IMG/VR virus record: IMGVR_UViG_3300022890_000014
Location: 64,001 to 128,000 of that record
Length of the DNA stretch: 64,000 nucleotides
Direction: 5' to 3' (one strand)
Source: a virus
Each line of letters starts with the position of its first letter. The first letter of the stretch is position 1. Below the pieces are notes generated by a model. That model did no database searches. It saw only the letters and a list, made by a program, of their open reading frames with translations, and was not told the origin of the DNA. The position numbers and the translations under genes are program-made. Positions 59,624-64,000 of the stretch are shown piece by piece.

Positions 59624-60586
59624 TTACTGACCTATCATCTGCTTCATTACATTTTCCATAGACTCAGGATCTAGCTCTGTCTGTTGACTAAGGTTCTCAT
59701 TTGGTATCTTTTGAACACCTGGGGTCTGACCTCCTGCTCTATTATATAGTCTTTCGGACGGACCTTCCATTACTTCAGGTTGAACTGCTAGGTGAAGTGC
59801 TCTATTCTCATCCTTCAATTCGCGAATCTCATTCTCGTTCTTTTCTAGCTGGTCTTTGGATGCCTGTAGCTCTTGACTCAAGATGGATTCTTCAGGAGAT
59901 GGACCTTGCTCCATCATCATCTGTTCTTGCATCATCTGCTCTTGCATAGCAGGATCTTGCGGTGCATTAGGGTCTTGCATGGCAGCATTGGGATCTTGAG
60001 GTGTGACAGCTTGTCCTTGAGGTGCTGCGGCTGGTGCTGCCTGAGCAGGAGCTTGGCCTCCCATTTGCGCTGCTGTTTGCTCAGATGCTTGCTGTGCAGC
60101 CATTTGCTCTCTGAGTTGAGTCTTTTCTTCTATTTGCTGACCAAGCAGTGATGCCATAGTGGAGGACTGTTTTCTTTCACCTTCAGCGGCAGCTTTAAGC
60201 AGTCTGTCTGCCCTGATGTTGTCAAAGGTCATATAGTCACATTTGTAATTAGAGTCCGTCTTCGCACCAGCAGTCTTGCAGAAACCAGAAGATGGATCTC
60301 TATGCGAACACATGTCGCAACTGTCACCAGCGCAACCTTCTCTATAATTAATTGAAGCCACTTTATCTTCTCCTTGTATAAAGAATCTACATCTTGCAGT
60401 TTCGTGTATCTGGCCTTCGACTACTGTGCATGCGGAGCTTCTAAAGTGTGCACAGTTTCCACAATTCTTTGGCCCAGCACCCTTTCTATACTCTGCCTCA
60501 ACCTTAGTCTTCTTGTCGCCCATGTCACCGAAATGCATTGGGTCAGACTCTATGAGTAAGCCGTAACCAGCTTCTTTACCTAACAT
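59624..60586 (-). CDS. protein with two HiPIP-like Cys4 repeats and a Gln/Pro/Met-rich coiled-coil tail
   Basis: CGNCAHF...CTVVEGQI....RC and CDMCSH.....FC.........KC. Confidence 0.55.
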   Translation of the reverse strand: MLGKEAGYGLLIESDPMHFGDMGDKKTKVEAEYRKGAGPKNCGNCAHFRSSACTVVEGQIHETARCRFFIQGEDKVASINYREGCAGDSCDMCSHRDPSSGFCKTAGAKTDSNYKCDYMTFDNIRADRLLKAAAEGERKQSSTMASLLGQQIEEKTQLREQMAAQQASEQTAAQMGGQAPAQAAPAAAPQGQAVTPQDPNAAMQDPNAPQDPAMQEQMMQEQMMMEQGPSPEESILSQELQASKDQLEKNENEIRELKDENRALHLAVQPEVMEGPSERLYNRAGGQTPGVQKIPNENLSQQTELDPESMENVMKQMIGQ

Positions 60587-60668
60587 GTTGAATCCTAATA
60601 AAAAACAACCCCACTATGAGTACACACAGAGAGGTTAGCTTTTTCTTTGTATGCGTAAGGCTTACGCA

Positions 60669-61286
60669 CTAGTCATTCATTATTCTCCAGAGCATATCAG
60701 CAGATTTATCTCCGCTATTGATTTTCTGAACAACAACTGAGGCAACTTTAGCAAGGTCCGAAGAAGGCAGTTTTTGCATCTCTTCGATACTGATATTGCC
60801 AAGTCTCCATCCTTCATACACTGCTTCTGCCATATCATTTGTTGATGCGGTCTTGGTTGTGGGAATGCCGATTGCCCTATTGGGATTTCCCTGAGCTTGC
60901 ATTCTTCGTGATCTCTCAACCATTGCGTTGCTAAATCTAGGAGAAGTGATAAGAGACTTGAACTGATTCATGTCTTGTCTCTTTTGTTGGGCGCGGCCAT
61001 ACTCATAGATCTTCTTACTAGCAGCACCAAATCTTTGCTTGTCTTGTTTAAGTTGAGCAGAGCGTCCGTAGTCAACTCCTCTAGCTTCGCCTTCATCTTC
61101 TCCGAACTCATGGCCGACACCGTAGGCAACACCGCCTACAGCACCCAATCCAGTGATTCCACCTATGATCTTGCCAGCCATGCGACCCTTGTTTGCTTCT
61201 TTTTCAAGTTCTTCAGCAATGGGCATTCCACCAAGTATCATTCCTATTTTAGCCTGAACTTTGCTATCTTGAAACATTTTATACAA
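60669..61286 (-). CDS. putative head-internal protein
   Basis: ELEKEA followed by a Gly-rich hydrophobic segment. Confidence 0.6.
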   Translation of the reverse strand: MYKMFQDSKVQAKIGMILGGMPIAEELEKEANKGRMAGKIIGGITGLGAVGGVAYGVGHEFGEDEGEARGVDYGRSAQLKQDKQRFGAASKKIYEYGRAQQKRQDMNQFKSLITSPRFSNAMVERSRRMQAQGNPNRAIGIPTTKTASTNDMAEAVYEGWRLGNISIEEMQKLPSSDLAKVASVVVQKINSGDKSADMLWRIMND

Positions 61287-61293
61287 CTCCTAG

Positions 61294-62217
61294 TTATCTG
61301 ATATTTTCTCGTGCTTGCATCTCAAGATCCGACATTGGGTCTTTTCTACCCCTCTTATCTTTTCTATCGTCTGGATGTGTTAGATTTGCTTTAGAATAAG
61401 AACCTCGTTCCATTTTAAGCTTGGCAGCACCCTCGTCTTCATTCATTGGTTGAAGACCCATTCCCATTCCTCTAGCCTTCATCTGACCTCTGTATGCCTG
61501 TTCTTCTTCTGCTTTTCTGGTAGCAGTAACATTAGCATTTGGTCTCATGGCATCTTCTATTCCAATTCTAGATGCATGCATAACATGCTGTCCAATTCCC
61601 TGCAAGCCTTGCTGAATAAGACCTTGAGAGAACTGAGTCCCAATTGATGGACCTTTTCTATCTAGTGCTGCTTCTGCTCTAGCTAGCTGACCGACATCTT
61701 CAAATCCAACGCCACCATAGCTAGCTAAGTTTCTTTTCACAAAGTTAGCTGCCAGATGTGGATTCTTTGCCATAGTAGGTGAGGATGTTGAGAATATAGA
61801 GAAGTATTTGTCTACATCAGCCTTATCTGCATTCTTCAAGTCTGGATTATAGCTCATCATAGAGTCGTAAGCTTCTTCGTGTTGCTTCTTCTCTTTGCGC
61901 TCTGACATCCAGTCTGTTACAGCAGCACCAGCTAAACCAGCACCAGCCAGTCCTACCGTACTAAGTATAGCTGTTAGGATACCTTTGAACGGAGAAGACT
62001 TAGCAACCTCCAATCCCTCAGTAATACCCTGGGTTACAGCACTGCCTACTACCTCAGCAGTCTTATCGAAGTGTTGCATATTAACAGACATATTGTCATC
62101 GATAAACTCGCCTATCTTAACAAGTCTACCAACAACAGCTTCAAGGACTGCATCAGCTTCGGTGTGGCTAATACTTCCTTGTTTTACTAGTGTGTCTAGT
62201 TGTTGTATTGATTGCAT
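61294..62217 (-). CDS. putative head-internal protein
   Basis: DKTA; Gly/Ala hydrophobic segment; NPDL...F....P..A.NP. Confidence 0.65.
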   Translation of the reverse strand: MQSIQQLDTLVKQGSISHTEADAVLEAVVGRLVKIGEFIDDNMSVNMQHFDKTAEVVGSAVTQGITEGLEVAKSSPFKGILTAILSTVGLAGAGLAGAAVTDWMSERKEKKQHEEAYDSMMSYNPDLKNADKADVDKYFSIFSTSSPTMAKNPHLAANFVKRNLASYGGVGFEDVGQLARAEAALDRKGPSIGTQFSQGLIQQGLQGIGQHVMHASRIGIEDAMRPNANVTATRKAEEEQAYRGQMKARGMGMGLQPMNEDEGAAKLKMERGSYSKANLTHPDDRKDKRGRKDPMSDLEMQARENIR

Positions 62218-62225
62218 ATCTGCCT

Positions 62226-62486
62226 CTAAAATAGTTTGCTTGTACTTGAGCTTGGTTCTAAAAGACTAGATCTTGGCTTGAAAGATTTAGTTGTTGCCCC
62301 AACAAGACCTTTCTTGTATGCTCCAACTGCTCCAGGTACAACAAACGCTGCTGTTAGTGAATGACCAGGATTCTTCACTATAGTCTTTGCTGTACCGCCA
62401 ACGAGCTTGCCAATACCTTTTGCAGTAAGTGATCCTATAGTTCCTTGTTTAGTCATGCCTATAAAGATTCCATCATATATAGTCAT
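62226..62486 (-). CDS. small putative head-internal protein
   Basis: N-terminal IYDGIFIGMTKQG. Confidence 0.6.
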   Translation of the reverse strand: MTIYDGIFIGMTKQGTIGSLTAKGIGKLVGGTAKTIVKNPGHSLTAAFVVPGAVGAYKKGLVGATTKSFKPRSSLLEPSSSTSKLF

Positions 62487-62488
62487 TA

Positions 62489-63586
62489 TTAACTCTCGTT
62501 AGATATTCTTGAGGAGTAGTTAAGTCTGTTCTCTTCGCCTTCCACTGTTTTTAGTCCAATGTTCTTGACTTTGAGAGCTTTCTTTATTTCTCCAATATGA
62601 TTGATGTGTTTGACGATAACTGAGTCACCGTTTAGAACTCTTACTCTACCATCTAGACTCTTAGATAGCATACTCTCGCTAACCGGAAGACTAGTTCCGC
62701 CAGCAGTTTTTCTGAGATTGAGTACTCCTGAGCCAGAAATGTTATCTATAGCTCTTCTCCACTCTTCAGCCTCATCACCTCTCATAGCTCCGTAGTTCTG
62801 CATGTAGACAGAAGCTTCTTTCAACAATACGGCTGTGTCATCACTTTGCTCTGCCATCAATGCGCCTTGAATGACATCAAGGAAGTTTGTTCCTTCGTCA
62901 ACATATGCCTTGGCAGTCTTGCAGAAAGCAAGTCTTGCTCCGTCTAATTGAAGTTCAAGCATCCCTACTTCACCCTCAAGAACATCTCTTGCCATAGCAG
63001 CATACTTACCTTGGTTATCAGGAAGTACTGTTTCGTTTAGGAAAGACATGTCATCTTCAGGCATCGAGTTGAACTGAATCTCATCACCTAAAGAAACTGG
63101 ATCTATTAGGTAATCTTCGTAGTTTCCATCAGCCATGATGCCAGCAAACTTTTCGAGGTCATCGGCTTGGCTCCTTTTTATAATAGGGACTGATGGGCTG
63201 CTTTGCTGAGTGTTGACTGATGCAACCTTGACTGCTTTAACTGTCGAGTAATCCGACTCAGGCTTCATGTTTTTGCTAGCAACAATCTTTCTTACTTCTG
63301 ACTTCTTAGCGGTACTCTTATTGGTTGCCTTAGAGTCAGACCTTAAAGACTTCTGCACCAGAGCTTTGTTTGTTGCCTCTACAAGCCTATCTGTGTAGTT
63401 ACTATTGAGTCCAGCACTGATAGCTTTGTTTGCTATAGTAGTTGCTGTGTCTTTATTTACATCAGACTCAACATCGTTAGCGCACTCAGCGCCCATCATA
63501 TCGATGTCAGTGTTGCTGCATCCAGCGGTCTTTCCCACAATAGCCATCTTAAACATGTCTTCTACTGAATATAGGATTGATGTCAT
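62489..63586 (-). CDS. putative head morphogenesis protein
   Basis: I..KA...GLN.....RLVE..N; many K-x-A motifs. Confidence 0.6.
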   Translation of the reverse strand: MTSILYSVEDMFKMAIVGKTAGCSNTDIDMMGAECANDVESDVNKDTATTIANKAISAGLNSNYTDRLVEATNKALVQKSLRSDSKATNKSTAKKSEVRKIVASKNMKPESDYSTVKAVKVASVNTQQSSPSVPIIKRSQADDLEKFAGIMADGNYEDYLIDPVSLGDEIQFNSMPEDDMSFLNETVLPDNQGKYAAMARDVLEGEVGMLELQLDGARLAFCKTAKAYVDEGTNFLDVIQGALMAEQSDDTAVLLKEASVYMQNYGAMRGDEAEEWRRAIDNISGSGVLNLRKTAGGTSLPVSESMLSKSLDGRVRVLNGDSVIVKHINHIGEIKKALKVKNIGLKTVEGEENRLNYSSRISNES

Positions 63587-63811
63587 TTATTTGCTGCTCC
63601 CTGAATTGCTTGCGTAAGCCTTACGCACTTCACTATTGTTCATGTCATTGCCATCAACATCGCAGTGACTACTTTTGGTTTTTTCTCTATTTGTCACACT
63701 GCATAAGCCTATGGATGTTCCATTAACGCTTCGTTTTAGTCTATCGCAAAGATCACAGCGAAGTGCAGTTGTCTTTTTCATATTAAAATCTCCTATTAAA
63801 GATAGTACCAT
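63587..63811 (-). CDS. small Cys-rich protein (start probably internal)
   Basis: CDLC...C....C; in-frame palindrome (RKAYA). Confidence 0.45.
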   Translation of the reverse strand: MVLSLIGDFNMKKTTALRCDLCDRLKRSVNGTSIGLCSVTNREKTKSSHCDVDGNDMNNSEVRKAYASNSGSSK

Positions 63812-63905
63812 ATAGCTACAACGAATTCACTATACATAGTACGAATAAAGTGGTAAAAGAGTAGTAGGTGATAATTCTATCATCATAAACAATTGAGGTA
63901 AAGCA

Positions 63906-64000
63906 ATGAAGGATCGTAAAGAAAAGTTTCTCGACGGAACCGAAGTCACCGAAGAGTACAAGTCTGAGTTAGGTTCGATGGTCCAAGATTCGTGTATGGA
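63906..64000 (+). CDS. partial ORF, truncated by the window end
   Basis: GAGG RBS, then MKDRKEKFLDG..., open to the end of the window. Confidence 0.5.
   Translation, partial: MKDRKEKFLDGTEVTEEYKSELGSMVQDSCM

Larger units (their letters stand above)
685..63627. repeat. Dispersed 17-bp palindrome family TGCGTAAG-(C/G/T)-CTTACGCA, 36 copies
   Basis: Perfect arms start at 685, 2579, 4819, 17948, 20660, 23358, 28171, 29687, 33144, 33686, 34721, 36544, 38382, 40560, 44456, 45534, 51615, 57605, 60652, 63611. One mismatch: 6678, 7523, 9553, 14007, 15493, 25400, 47315, 48186, 49966, 53695, 54441, 55554. More degenerate: 9845, 10554, 11889, 43251. Located by manual reading. Confidence 0.97.

Noticed and set aside
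685-63627. Palindromes as a CRISPR array
   Set aside because: Copies are 0.3-3.5 kb apart with genes between them, not 30-40-bp spacers. There is no cas operon, and the Cas4-like gene is a stand-alone phage exonuclease type.
685-63627. Palindromes as intrinsic terminators or as IS/MITE ends
   Set aside because: Most lack a U-tract and several lie inside essential genes. I saw no consistent target-site duplication and no transposase in the window. Mobility by a trans-acting enzyme encoded elsewhere cannot be fully excluded.
1-64000. Alternative genetic code (stop-codon reassignment)
   Set aside because: Conserved genes are full length in the standard code and use TAA, TAG and TGA as stops with tight gene packing.

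Overview
This 64-kb window is part of a large myovirus-like dsDNA phage genome read in the standard code (GGAG Shine-Dalgarno sites, sigma70-type and sigma54-type promoters). The left half (about 1-34.7 kb) holds small hypothetical genes and a replication/recombination/nucleotide module: SNF2 helicase, an AEP primase-MCM helicase fusion next to a 1.1-kb origin-like spacer, a Gp3/RDF-like protein, an unusual ParB-like protein, TMK, a Cas4-like nuclease, GroES-like and YhaM-like proteins, UvrD, a VRR-NUC nuclease, dNK and an RHH protein. The right half (34.8-63.8 kb, minus strand) is the virion module: four tandem paralogous fibre-like genes, tail tube, a 1284-aa sheath, neck proteins, major capsid protein, many K-x-A-rich head/core proteins and an intein-containing prohead-protease-like protein. 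The most striking unexplained signal is a 17-bp palindrome, TGCGTAAG-N-CTTACGCA. I found 36 copies by eye, about one per 1.8 kb with no gap above ~3.5 kb. They lie between genes, over stop codons and in-frame inside long genes. One copy sits directly upstream of the codon-biased ParB-like gene, which suggests a genome-wide phage DNA-organising system (inference). Product calls rest on motifs recognised by eye, not on database searches.
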